Positions 52,511 through 64,000 of a stretch of DNA of 64,000 bases are shown here, piece by piece. The stretch lies in the NCBI GenBank assembly GCA_965645245.1, contig OZ287082.1:930001-994000 (forward strand). Reading direction: 5' to 3'. The translations under genes were made by a program, and so were the position numbers. Under the pieces are notes generated by a model that did no database searches, was not told the origin of the DNA, and saw only the letters and a list, made by a program, of their open reading frames with translations. This DNA is from Massalongia carnosa (Eukaryota). Position 1 is the stretch's first letter. Every line of letters begins with the position of its first letter.

Positions 52511-54722
52511 TCCGAAAATCTTAAGATTCGATATTTTGAATTATAAGATTTTTTCAAATCAGTTTGAAATCGTTGTATGTTTTTAAATGTCATAAACTTC
52601 AATGAACGAAATTTTCTTGCTGCTTATTGTCAATTGACAAAAAATGTCGACATAAAAATAACTTTTTGTTAAGATTGTTTGGACATTTGTTCGCTTTATC
52701 ATTTTTATTTGCGATTGAGTATTTTAATTCAAACATGCCGCAAGATGTGGGCATTCTTAATGTTAAGTTCTTCGTTCTTTCTGATATATTTGTATGGAGC
52801 GTTATAGACGTTATAGGAAAACAAAATTTTATCGAGAATAATAAATCCCAATGCGTTCAGTCTTGATTAGATGATGATGATGATATATTCATACTCCGAT
52901 ATGTCACCGGCCGTAGGCCGGCCCATGCGGGCAAAGCTATCTAAGTTATGTTACATGGAAAACCTTTTTCAGGTGTAAAAACCATATCCCTTGATACCTG
53001 TCCGATGTGACACCAGGTCGACGTCCGACAGGAGACGCAGAGCGAAAATCATGTGAGAACTGTGACGCCTTGTGAGATAAGAAGGAAAAGAGAAGTGAAA
53101 CTACTGTTAACTGTACAATAGTGTAGATGCCAGTGAGAATTGGGTCAGTAGACCTGTTTTCATTAGCCAAGCAGTTAATATCTTTAGAGTTTTTGATGTT
53201 TCGGTCAGCTGTTGATAGTTGTTCGTGCCAGCGGCGCAAAACATCTGTTCTCTATTGTCAATAAGTCTACAGAACATAATTACATGTTCTGGAGTTTGTC
53301 TGTGCCAGCCACATGGGCAGGCCGGTGAGGTGACGGCGGGGACCCGTCGCTGGTAGAGGAAGTCAGCTAGACCGATCTTACCGGTGCGGATCTGTGTTGT
53401 CAGGGCGCTTTCTGCCTTTTTTAGCAGCGTGTGTATTTTCAGTCGTTTTTTGCTCAGTGGGACTGATTGCGCTATGGAGGGTTCGGTGACGCGATTTTGA
53501 TATGCGCTCCACGAGTCGTTCCAGACTTTCAGCTGTCGTGCTTTAATTGTCTGCATTTGTTTTTGACGAGCCAACGCTGCTACGGAGACTTCGCGGAGAT
53601 GCGCTGGGGAGGGGTCGGACCATGGTGGGTGTGCTTTGGGTGGTTGAACGATTTTTGCGTCGATCAGTAGGTTTTTGGCCCAGGTGTGCTTCAGCTCTCC
53701 CGGAGTGGGTTTTTGAAGGCGTTTGCGACCTGCCTTGCCTTGAAGTTTGTTAACTATTTTGCTGCATGCGGAAGAAATGACCTTCGATTGACCTCCGGCT
53801 CGGAGTCGATGTCTGGCCTGCGCCTGTAGCGTGTCGAGGTGTACATCTATGGGTGCTATGTATGTCTCTGCTTCAAGAACTGGAATGGGGGTGGCTTTAA
53901 AGGCACCGGCTATGGTGCGAAGGCAGTTGTTTTGCATAACGGAGAGCTTGCTCGTTGACGTTTTTGACTTTTTGACTTCTTTGGGCATGTGCCATACGGT
54001 TGACCCGTATGTCATGACCGGACGCACTACGGCGCTGTAAACTTGCCTTGCTTTGGTGAAGGTGGCACCCCAAGTCGATGTGGAGATTTTTGTCAATGCC
54101 ATGGATTGTTTAACCATTTTCTTTTGCGTTTTGCGAACGTGCGGTCCCCATTTCAATTTGGTGTCAATTTGCAAGCCTAAGACTCTAAACGCACCAGCTT
54201 GCTGGGGGCTAGTGAAGTTGTCACCGTGACGGACGGTACCAGGCGTGTAAGCGGGATAGGGCCGGACGCTAGCAGGGAGGTGAAAAACTCTTCACCTCCT
54301 CCATCCCCCCATCTCTTCTCTCTTTCCTCATCAACACTCATCAAAAATCGTGTTTCGCTGTTTCTCCCACCCGCCCTCTCCTACACAGTCTGTCGCTTAG
54401 ATAGATGGAGTATGTCTTGACCCCAGGGTTCGCATCTACAGCGTCCATGGACCCCGTAGCCTACCCGTTGCGGCTCCGTACCCGGCGCGGACGGCGCACG
54501 AACGGTGTCATTGTGACGAGACGAACTCGGTGAGATAAGATCAGGTGGTACGAAGTCTTTGCTATAGGTAGGCTATCGGATATTTACAAGACGTTCGACA
54601 AGGAAGAAAGAAAATCTCAACAGCGAAAGCAGAGATATAATCTTTCCGTTGATCGCGCTAACCATGCTGAGCCTAGCCCTCGCGTATCATTCAAGCCTTA
54701 GCTCCGTTACTTGATTCGGGTG

Positions 54723-57700
54723 CTAGCGAGGCAGTACCGTGACATCAGGTCTCCTCTTTAGGTTCGAGGCTCCGCGAGAACCTCGAGGTTTGGTAGGCCT
54801 CAATTGGTGATATTCTCGTAATAAATCTTCGCAGTGAGTGATGTCCTTTTCTTCGTTCCAACTAGGTGCGTCATGGCCGGCCCACTTAACAAGATATTGC
54901 AGTCGTCTTCGGAAAAATCTCGAATCAAGAATACTCTCCACCTCCCACTCTTCTTCACCTTCAACTTCAACCGGCGGGGCAGGTGGAGGAATTTGGCCAT
55001 CGTGTGGGTTCTGAGCAACCGGCTCTAGCAGAGAAACGTGGAATACAGGGTGTATTTTCATAGAGGTGGGGAGATCAAGTTCGTAAGCATACTTACTTAC
55101 TACTCGCTTGATGGTAAATCTTCCTAACTTCTTCCAATCCAGCTTTTTAGAAGGTCGCTTGGTTTTGATGTTCTTAGCATTCAACCAGACTTCGTCTCCT
55201 ACGCGAAACGACGGGGCGGGGGTTCTATGATAATTAGCAGTGGATTCATACCGAGCTTGAGCCAATCGCATTTCATCTTGAAGGTGGGCATTAATCTCTT
55301 CCATCTTGGTAGCAAATTCATCAGCATTGGTGAGCTCTGGGGAGGTGTTGGTGCGAGAGAGAGGCTCGAAACCTAGACGGGGGTGGAAGCCATAATTCGC
55401 TAGAAAGGGACTTGTCGTAGTGGTCTCGGAATCAACATTGTTGCTAGTGAACTCTGCCATTGGTAGCCATTCTTCCCAGTCATCTTGCATGTAATTTACG
55501 TAGCCTCTTAAATATGATTCCATGACTGCATTGAATCGTTCCGTTTGGCCATCTGTCTCCGGGTGAAAGGATGTGGATAGGGCCGACTTAATTCCTAGTC
55601 TTTCACATAGAGCCTTCCAGAATTCTGAGATGAACTGCCCTCCGCGATCCGAGACTATTGATTCGGGCAGGCCGTGTAATTTCCATACATTCTGCAGATA
55701 CAACTTGGCTAAATCGTGAGCGTTGGTAGTCTCTTTGCACGGTATGTAATGCTTCATCTTGGTGAGTCGATCAACTACAACTAGGATTGCGTCTTTCTTG
55801 TCACTACCGGATTCGGGTATGCCGCTTACAAAGTCCATAGAAATATCTCTCCAGCGTTGCTGAGGAATGGGCAGAGGTCTCAACACACCGTACTTTGGAT
55901 GACGGGAAGCTTTGCTACGAGAACATACGTGACAGTTCTGTACGTATCGTGCTACGAAATGATGGTACTGGGGCCAATAATAAGTTCGAGATAGCAAACC
56001 GAAAGTTTTGGCTCTACCGGGATGACCGGCGACAGGGCTATCGTGGTGTTCCTTGCATAGTCTGAGTCTCAAATCATGGAAATCGGGTACGTATAGGCGT
56101 TCGCGGTAATATAGTCTCCCATCTCGGTCTTCGCATTCGGCCAGAGTTATATCCTTGCTATGGCTAGTACCGTTTCGAAGAAGAGTCAAAATGCTATTGG
56201 GGAATGGGTCCAGCTCGTATCCTTGATTCATCAATTCCTCGATAGATTTCTCGGAGTCTTCGTGTTCGGTTTCCAGATCATTATCTGTATCAGCGTCATC
56301 GTTGGTAATATCGGTCAGGCGAGGCAGATTATTAGCCAGAAGTTCGAAATTATGGGGTTTTAGTACCACCTGATTCTGATGTTCCAGTCTCAGGTCCCCC
56401 TCTTTAGGAAGATCTCCTGATCTTCTAGTCAAAGAATCTGGTTTTTCTCCTTGTTTCCCTGGTCTGTAACCTATCTTAAAGTCGAATCGTGATAAAAATT
56501 CGGCCCATCTTGCCTGGCGCCTGCTGAGTTGCTTGGTGGTAGTGAAATACTCGAGATTCTTATGGTCCGTTATTACCTTTACTGGATGTGCTGCTCCCTG
56601 CAATTCGGGTCTCCATTCTTCAAAAGCTCTGATAATGGCCAGAAGTTCTTTATCATAGATTTCATAATTACACTCCGCTGGCGATAGTCTTTTGGAAAAG
56701 AAGGCTACTGGTTTAAGTACACCCTCTACCTCATACTGCGATAGTACTCCTGCGCTTACATAGTCGGAAGAATCTGTTTCCACTATGCTTTCCTTATCGG
56801 GGTCGAAATGAATTAGTATGGTGTCACTGGAGAACACATCCTTTAAGATTTTAAAGGCCTTTGCACACTCTTCGGTCCACACGAATGGCGTAATCTTTTT
56901 GGACATAGCGGTGAGGGGGGCAGCGATCTTCGAAAAGGATTTCACAAACCGTCTGTAGAAATTCGCAAATCCTATAAACGCCTGCACATCCTTGAGGTTC
57001 TCCGGGGTATTCCAGTTCTTTATGGTCTCTATTTTCTTAGGGTCCATTTTTATGCCTTTATCCGAAATAATAAATCCAAGATATATTGTCTCCGTTACAT
57101 GGAATTCGCATTTCGAAATATCCAGTTGTAACCCTGCTTTTTGCAGAGCCTTCAAAACTTTGGTGATATGACCCTTATGTTCTTTCATGGAACTACTGTA
57201 GATTAATATATCGTCGATATAAGCGGTACAGAATATATCGAGATATTCTCGTAAAACATCATTGATATAATGCTGAAACGAACTGGGTGCATTGGCGAGA
57301 CCGAAGGGCATAACGAGATATTCAAACAAACCGTATCTTGTCCGAAAGGCGGTTTTCCACTCCTCTCCATAGGCCATACGAAGGCGATTGAATGCGGCGA
57401 CTATATCTAGCTTAGTAAAAATGCATGCTTTACTCAGGCGGTCTAGAGTTTCTCTGATCAGGGGCAGGGGATATCTGTTTTTGATAGTCATAGCGTTCAA
57501 TGCTCTATAATCAACGCAAAAGCGCAGGCCTCCGCCCGGCTTTTTGACAAACAGTACTGGGGACGCGGCAGGGGAAGAACTTGAACGAATAAATCCTTTC
57601 TCCAAATTCTCGGTAAGATACTTCTGCAGTACCAGCAATTCATCTCGGCTCATGCCATACAAGGGTCCATACGTGGGTTCTTTCCCTTCCATCAGCGGAA

Positions 57701-58687
57701 TAGTGTGGTCATAGCTACGGCGTTCGGGCAGTTTATCAGCTTCATTCTTGGAAAATACATCAAGAAATTCGTGATACTCCGGCGGCAATATTGTAGCGGG
57801 ATCAACTTCCGGTTTCGGGGTCAGGGCTCGTTCAATATCTCTAAGGTTCACGGTAAATAGTTCGCAGTCCTTTTTCCGCGCAAGACGGACAAAAGGGGCG
57901 GCTCCTATCATGCAGATATTCAGGGGTTTCTTGATCTCGGGTTTCTCGGTCTCAGGTTTCTCGGTCTCGGGCAGGGTCTTGGGTCTTGGGTCTGGGTCTG
58001 ATTGGTCGAAGGAGGGAGCGCTAGACCTCTTCAATTTAGCGCCCTTTCTTCAGACCGGCCGGGCTGGTCTGAAGCGGATGTTTGTTGTTCCGGACCAGTG
58101 ACTTTCGTGACTGCGGGGTGCTCCTTCTCTGCACGAAGTTCTGGAACGTTGCTTATTCCGACGACAGTGTTGGGCTCATGATTCTCGAGGCAGTGCTGAA
58201 GACAGTATGGTGACGTGAACGAGAGAGTGTTTCCAGCCCATCGTATGCTGGTGTCGTGTATCTGTAGCCACTTGATCCCTAGAACGATGGGGTAGTGGCC
58301 CAAATTGGTGACGAGAAGGTTGGCGGGCTCGGAATGCGTGGCGATTTGAAGACGTAACTTGGCTAGGTGAGTGATTTCACCAGAGGAGATGGGTTGTCCA
58401 TCGGCTAATTCGAGGATACGAGATTGCTTCAAGGGAGACAGGGGCAGGGAATGACGGCGCGCGAACGAAGAGTCAATAAAAGCAAAACCAGATGCTCCAC
58501 AGTCAACTAGTGCATAGGTCTTTATTTGACGATTACCTTTGGATACAACCATTGATATCACCAAATGTTTGCCATCTAATTCTTCCTCTGGCAAAGGTTT
58601 GGTGGACAAGGAAAATGCTGATATTGAAATACACTTGTTCCGTGTTGGTCTCCGAACACGACTTAGTTCGGAGACTGTACTTTTCCC
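54723..58687 (-). CDS. Gypsy pol (protease, RT, RNase H, integrase, chromodomain), with a frame change between protease and RT near 58040
   Basis: ALVDCGA; RFCVDYR; MPFGLANAP; YIDD; ETDSS; HHCC; SDRG; TDGQTER; HPVFHVSLL; EWEVESIL..QYLVKW. Confidence 0.93.
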
Positions 58688-59841
58688 CCCAAATCAACAG
58701 TCTTCTGTTCCATTTCAGAGACTTGGAATCGCGGGCGTGTTTTGGACGAGGATAGCGGGCAGGATTGCGCAAAATGTCCAGATCCCCCGCAATATATGCA
58801 TAATCCTTCGTTCATTCTTCGTGATTTCTCGGCGGGGGTAAGAGGACCTCGATGACGAGATACTGATAGATCCATGGCGTCAGAGGAGGGGGGTGCGGAG
58901 ATTTTGGTGGTGGTGGTGACGGTGGGAGCGGGAGCGGGTGTGGGTTTGCTGACAGCGGCGATAGTGGGTGCAGAGCTAGATCGTGATATGTTGCTAAAGA
59001 CAGTCCCAGCTTTGCGGATGGAGGCCTGGGTGGCGCGGTAGCGGTTGTCGATCTTCTGGAGAATCTGAATGACCTCGTCCAGGTCGGTCGGAAGATCAAG
59101 CGTCAGGATGGCGCTTTTTAGCTCATTACTGATGCCTTCTAGCAGGATCGACCGTTTCGCCTCTTCGTTGTATCCAGTATCGGGGATCAACCGCTGATAC
59201 TCGGCCAGATATACATGGAATTCTCGGTTTGCTTGCTGGAGGCGACGAAGTTCTCGCTGTGCGGTGGCCTTTCTGTCCGGATCACCGAAGGCCAGCTCCA
59301 GCTTGGTAATCAGCTCGCTAACATCGCGCAGATCGATAGTGTCGTCATCCTTGATATAAGGACGTATCTGATACAAGGCCGTATCCTTGAGACGACTTAT
59401 CGCGTACGCTAATTTTCCTGGCATGGTGGGGTATCGATCTGCGTTCATCAAGAGTTTCAGACGCAGCTGAGTCGTCCATGTGCGTAATTCGGCTCTGTCT
59501 CCGCCGTACATAGGCGGATCAGGATGTTTCTCTGAACGCGGAGATAAATGTGCGGCTGCGGTGGGGGCGGATCGTATTTGTTCACGAAGCTCGGCAGCTA
59601 TCGCGTTACTGCCAGCCAGTCTGTTGTTTAAATCTAGGATCGCGTGATTCGCCTCTGCTAAATCGCGATCATTGGTATCCAGATGCGTACTGGCATCGTG
59701 GGCGAATAGATCCAGGCGCTGCATATACTCATACCAGGTTATGGGATTAGATTGAACTGCGGACAACAGATTTTCCGCAGAACCCACGGAAACGGGAGGA
59801 GTTGGAACGATATATGGGGACGGGGGCGATGCTTCGGCCAT
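58663..59841 (-). CDS. Gypsy gag (392 aa)
   Basis: Retrotransposon gag motifs, DAMDL, CIYCGGSGHFAQSC. Confidence 0.93.
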   Translation of the reverse strand: MAEASPPSPYIVPTPPVSVGSAENLLSAVQSNPITWYEYMQRLDLFAHDASTHLDTNDRDLAEANHAILDLNNRLAGSNAIAAELREQIRSAPTAAAHLSPRSEKHPDPPMYGGDRAELRTWTTQLRLKLLMNADRYPTMPGKLAYAISRLKDTALYQIRPYIKDDDTIDLRDVSELITKLELAFGDPDRKATAQRELRRLQQANREFHVYLAEYQRLIPDTGYNEEAKRSILLEGISNELKSAILTLDLPTDLDEVIQILQKIDNRYRATQASIRKAGTVFSNISRSSSAPTIAAVSKPTPAPAPTVTTTTKISAPPSSDAMDLSVSRHRGPLTPAEKSRRMNEGLCIYCGGSGHFAQSCPLSSSKTRPRFQVSEMEQKTVDLGGKVQSPN

Positions 59842-60158
59842 GGCAAAGGCGTACCAGCTGATAGGGTAGGTCGAACGTAGTGTGACGAGACGAACTCGGT
59901 GAGATAAGATCAGGTGGTACGAAGTCTTTGCTATAGGTAGGCTATCGGATATTTACAAGACGTTCGACAAGGAAGAAAGAAAATCTCAACAGCGAAAGCA
60001 GAGATATAATCTTTCCGTTGATCGCGCTAACCATGCTGAGCCTAGCCCTCGCGTATCATTCAAGCCTTAGCTCCGTTACTTGATTCGGGTGCTAGCGAGG
60101 CAGTACCGTGACAGTCATGCCACACCCTAGGGTCAGGACTTCGCCCAAACACTAGAAT

Positions 60159-62593
60159 TAGGGCTAGGAAAAATACGTCAGTTGGGCCAACTGACACGTA
60201 TTATACGTCACGTGCAGACTTGGACCATGTCTTTTTGGTATAATATTACTTAAGCATGTCAAATTTATCTTTCTCATAGATCAATACCTGAAATTACTAG
60301 ACATTTCTACCTAATTTGAGGTACCTTCCTATTATCTCTATACATACATTGATCATGTCTCGACAATCTGGACATTCTGGCGGTCGACCGAAAAATGCAT
60401 TGGTAGATGAGAATTTCGTTGATGTCATCATTGAAGGCATGAAATACCCTCAGCATCGTTGTACGCATTGCGGATATCAGTCTGCCAAAGTTGCTACCAG
60501 GGGCCAGCAGCATTTGCAGACGTGCAATGCCTTTCAAGAAGTGCAAGAAAGAAGACAGCAAGAGACGTCTTCTAGGAGCAGCAAATCTTTGATTCAATTG
60601 CCCATCACCCCTTTGATTCGTCCCTTAAATCAAGCCCAAGTTGCGCATGCTCATCGCGCTGCTGCAATGTCCGTCTTTATGACCAATCTTCCGTTTAACC
60701 ACTTCGAAAATCCCTATGTGATTGCTCATCATCAAGCACTGCATCCTGGATATAAACCTCCACATCATAAGCTCGTTGGCGGGAAATTATTGGACGACGC
60801 CTATGAGACGGTTAAACTGAAAGTAAATCAGCAGTTAGATGCCTGCAGTTATCTCAACTTCTTTACCGACGAAACGGCCAACATTAAGAAGGAACGGGTT
60901 ATTAATCTCTGTTGTCATGTCCCTTCATCAGCTACCTCTCGAGGGGGGGGCTTTCATTTAAAAGCAATGGCCGGCATCGCTGAGACGATGACTGCAGCTG
61001 TTCAAGCTGAGTGGATGATAAAAGGCTGTAGAGAAGCGACCAATAATCAGCTCTGGAGAGTCAATTGTATAGGAACAGATACTTGCTCTACTATGAAGGC
61101 CATGTGGTCTGAAATTCGAAAGTTTCCTGAGATGAGACACGTCTTTTTCGTTCCTTGCGACAGTCACGGTTTACAGCTTCTTTTGGGAGACATTTTGAAG
61201 CTTCCTTTTTTTGCAGACATCATGCAAAAAGCTCAGTCGATAGTGATAGCTTTTCGTGGATCGAATAAAGAATTGGCCATTCTATGGAATTTTCAGATGA
61301 AGGTAAGTAGGAATGAAATTTCAATGCGGCATCAAAACGTCATTGCTAATTTATAACTTTCAAAGGCATACAATCAACGTCAATCACTGATTCTCAACGT
61401 TTTGACCAGATGGGGTACGACTGTAGGCCTTTTGAACTCGGTGCTAAAAAGCAAGCAGGCAATTTTGGATTATTTTCAGCAAAATGCTCCGGGCATTGAT
61501 CAGGGCAGAAGTCATCCTTTAGGAACATTCGTCAACGACTTCTCGTTTTGGAAAAAGCTGGCCATCGTACAGAAAATTCTTGATCCCATACATAAAGCAC
61601 AATACATGTCCGAGGCCGAGGGGCATAAACTATACGCGGTGACTGCCAATTGGAACAGGCTTCGATCTCACCTATATACAATGGCCAAAGAGGATGAAGA
61701 TTCTGAGATGGATTTGCATCACATTGCAGAGATAGTTTGGGAAGATCGATATCTCAGTCAAATAATTGAACTTCATGTGGTAGCAGCTCTGTTGGTTCCT
61801 CAGAATCATAACATTCAGGTGATTGGAGTATCCACGTCGCAGGCATTTTTCTTTATCATGCATAGATTCTTTGCTGAATATCTGAACGTTGAAGAAGCAA
61901 AGTCGGCAATGAAGCAATGGCTTTCTTTTCGAAATCAAGAAGACGGTTTTTATCCTGCCTCCGAATGCTGGACATATCAAACGGATTCGGAGCTGTTTTG
62001 GAACTTTTCCAGAAGCTTTGCTTTTGATCTCAGCAACATAGCTAGAAAGGTAATAATGCTGCCTGCTAATTCGGTGCTGGCAGAAAGAAATTGGTCGGTC
62101 ATGAATTTGATCATGACCAAAAGTCGGAACTCTCTACATTCCATCAATGTTGATAAACTCATGTTTATTTACATGAATGAGCGTACTCTTAATCGGCCAA
62201 CAGATTTCAAAAGCAAGCTTCAGTTTGCTGGCATCGACATCAATGAGACGGATCTTTGTGAGATGGAGGATAGACTACTGCAAGAAGAGATCTCTTTATC
62301 TGATACGTCCATGTCATCATCGAAAAGACCGGCGAGTCAAACGATATTTGGTGATGCGACGAGAGCTTGGATAAACACCTAGCTAGTAGAGTAGGAGATA
62401 CATAAAATTGTACGCAAATTGCTAACAAAATAAAGTATCTTTTCCCCACTTTCTATCTTCCCGCTTCTTCCGCCCCCCCCCCCTCCCCCCCTGTAGCTAA
62501 TCCCTGTGTCTGTCAGTTGGGCCAACTGACACGTATTAAACACTTCCCGATCGGGTTAGTCAATAAACATGTTTAATACATATCCTAGCCCTA
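60159..62593 (+). mobile_element. intact hAT DNA transposon
   Basis: 11-bp TIRs TAGGGCTAGGA/TCCTAGCCCTA; 8-bp TSD ACTAGAAT; subterminal palindrome GTCAGTTGGGCCAACTGAC at both ends. Confidence 0.96.
60355..62382 (+). CDS. hAT transposase, 654 aa, intron 61303-61365
   Basis: BED finger CTHC..HLQTC; FTDE, GTD, CDSH, TRW, SVLAERNWS, RNSL. The phase-0 intron joins the ORFs without stops. Confidence 0.92.
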
Positions 62594-64000
62594 ACTAGAA
62601 TAGCAATAAACACAAGGTGGCTGCGTTTCACTAGTGTCCGTTTTTGGTTCAATTTCGGTGCTTGCAATGTTGATAGATGCAGCCATATTGAATCTTTTGG
62701 GATTTCTAGACAAGTGAATGAGTTCGTACTTCGTCGGAGCGAATAGAGATCCGTGTCGGGAAGCCCACTTTTCGCATTGTCTGTGTATTGACTCCAGAGT
62801 CTTGCAATTCTCTTCGGTGCTTTTTCCGTATGCCAAAATGTTGGCATCGTCTACAAATCCTATGGCACTTGTGTTTGTGCCTGGTCGCTCACATATTTCC
62901 AATAGGTCTGCATTATAGAATAGATAAAGGATGGATGAGAGAGGGGAGCCCTGTGGTATACCAGTTCTCACCGCGAATCGTCCGGTCGCTTTTCGATTTA
63001 TAGCTAGAGTTGTGCTACGATCATTTAAAAAGCTGTTTAACCAATCAGTAATCCATTTCGGGATTTTTCTTTTACGTAGATTGTGCGTTAGTCTTTGATG
63101 GGAAACTGTATCAAACGCGCCGGCGACGTCCATGCTTAAAAGTGTGGCTACTTTATCTTTTCCTTGTCCCCAAATCGTGTGAACCTGTTCGGTTAACAAC
63201 TCTAGAGCTGATTCTGTAGATCTGCCCTTTCTCGCTCCCATCTGTGTGTCGGGTAGGAGCCGATGTGTTTCCGCTAAATAGGTTATTTTTGATCCTATGA
63301 TAGATTCCATTACTTTGCTGAGAGTGTTGAGTAATGCAATTGGTCGGTAAGCCTTTGGAGTGGTGTTATTCCCTTTGTCTATTTTTCTTAATGCTATTGT
63401 GTTTGCCGTTTTGAAGGCTCGGGGATGGTACGAAAGTGTAACGCACGCCTGAAACAGAGGTGTTAATAGTTCAACAAGTTTTTCCGCGCATGCCTTGAGT
63501 ACTATATTAGATATGCCGTCAGGACCCGGTGCTTTATCGGGCTTGAGCCGATGCAGGGCCTTCGACACTTCTGACCTGGTGATGATCATTGGACAGTGCG
63601 GCGATGCTGGATAGAAGGATCCTTCTATATCGCTTAAGTCGGCCGGTGGTGGTGCGGGAAAGAAAATGCTTTTCAGCATTTCGGCTTTCTCATCAAACGT
63701 GTCTGCTATTTGATCATTGAACTTTAAAGTCGGCATTTTGGGTACTTCTCTAGCTGAGTGACTTTTGTCTTTGGCCCATTTCGCTAGCCGCCACAGACCC
63801 TGAGGCGTTTCGGTAGCCTTACTGATCTCTTGACGAAAATTTGTCCTCTTTGCTTTTTGGATAATTTTCTGTTTCTTGTCATTAGATTTCATGTAGTTGG
63901 ACCAGTCCGCTGGATCTCGTGTGTCAGACCATATGCGGCGTAATTTTCGTGTGGCTTTGGTGGCAATATTGCATTCTTCTGTCCAGAAAGGCTTAGCATA

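Larger units (their letters stand above)
54512..60113 (-). mobile_element. full-length Ty3/Gypsy chromovirus
   Basis: 233-bp LTRs (54512-54744, 59881-60113) that look identical, TG...CA termini, TSD GTCAT. Confidence 0.97.
54189..62634 (+). mobile_element. 395-bp repeat, copy 2 (pieces 54189-54511, 60119-60158, 62602-62634), host to the Gypsy and the hAT
   Basis: Reconstructed length 396 bp; A|ACGCACC...TTTCACTAG|T. Confidence 0.75.
52870..64000 (-). mobile_element. Tad1-like LINE (family B) running off the window end; ORF2 split at 54188/62635 by nested insertions
   Basis: RT motifs YRPIALL, MDVAGAFD, PQGSPLS, FVDD in 62635-64000. C-terminus and CPCG..H..C in 53107-54188; (CAT)n tail. The rejoined frame reads KTDIRVLG. 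Confidence 0.95.

Noticed and set aside
58040..58046. AAAGGGC as a slippery site for the protease/RT shift
   Set aside because: It is out of phase with the protease frame, and the nearby stem lies upstream rather than downstream.
54185..62633. 395-bp repeat as a solo LTR or as an element with a 3-bp CTA TSD
   Set aside because: There is no 5' TG in either copy and no TSD in copy 1. The CTA model needs an extra mutation, whereas A|T insertion restores the empty site exactly.
1..64000. Starship element or CRISPR array
   Set aside because: No tyrosine-recombinase captain or boundary was recognised, and there is no repeat-spacer array. The sequence is eukaryotic, with spliceosomal introns.

Overview
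This is an ascomycete fungal, transposon-dense accessory region; roughly half or more of it is mobile DNA. Retroelements: Tad1-like LINEs (3 copies, 2 families), a full-length Ty3/Gypsy chromovirus with apparently identical LTRs, two Gypsy gag remnants, several solo LTRs and a Ty1/Copia element. DNA transposons: two Mutator elements, an intact hAT, and Fot1/pogo and Tc1 relics. There is also a 395-bp repeat with Helitron-like junctions, and insertions are deeply nested. Intact-looking non-TE genes: a FunK1 kinase, a 507-aa cytochrome P450 with an atypical I-helix, a secreted Cys-rich WxGTAPFC-repeat protein and a 153-aa orphan with an RNase-toxin-like motif. Decayed genes: FHA-kinase, FKBP-like, OTT_1508-like deaminase and MFS fragments. 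The most unusual feature is the Copia element (25316-30240). Its LTR ends are CTTTGGA...TCCAAAG rather than TG...CA, supported separately by the PPT, the PBS and a 5-bp TSD. Its 5' LTR is rebuilt with an inverted 201-bp copy of the LTR end, so the element has long terminal inverted repeats. All coordinates, splice models and family calls are from manual reading; no database search was run.
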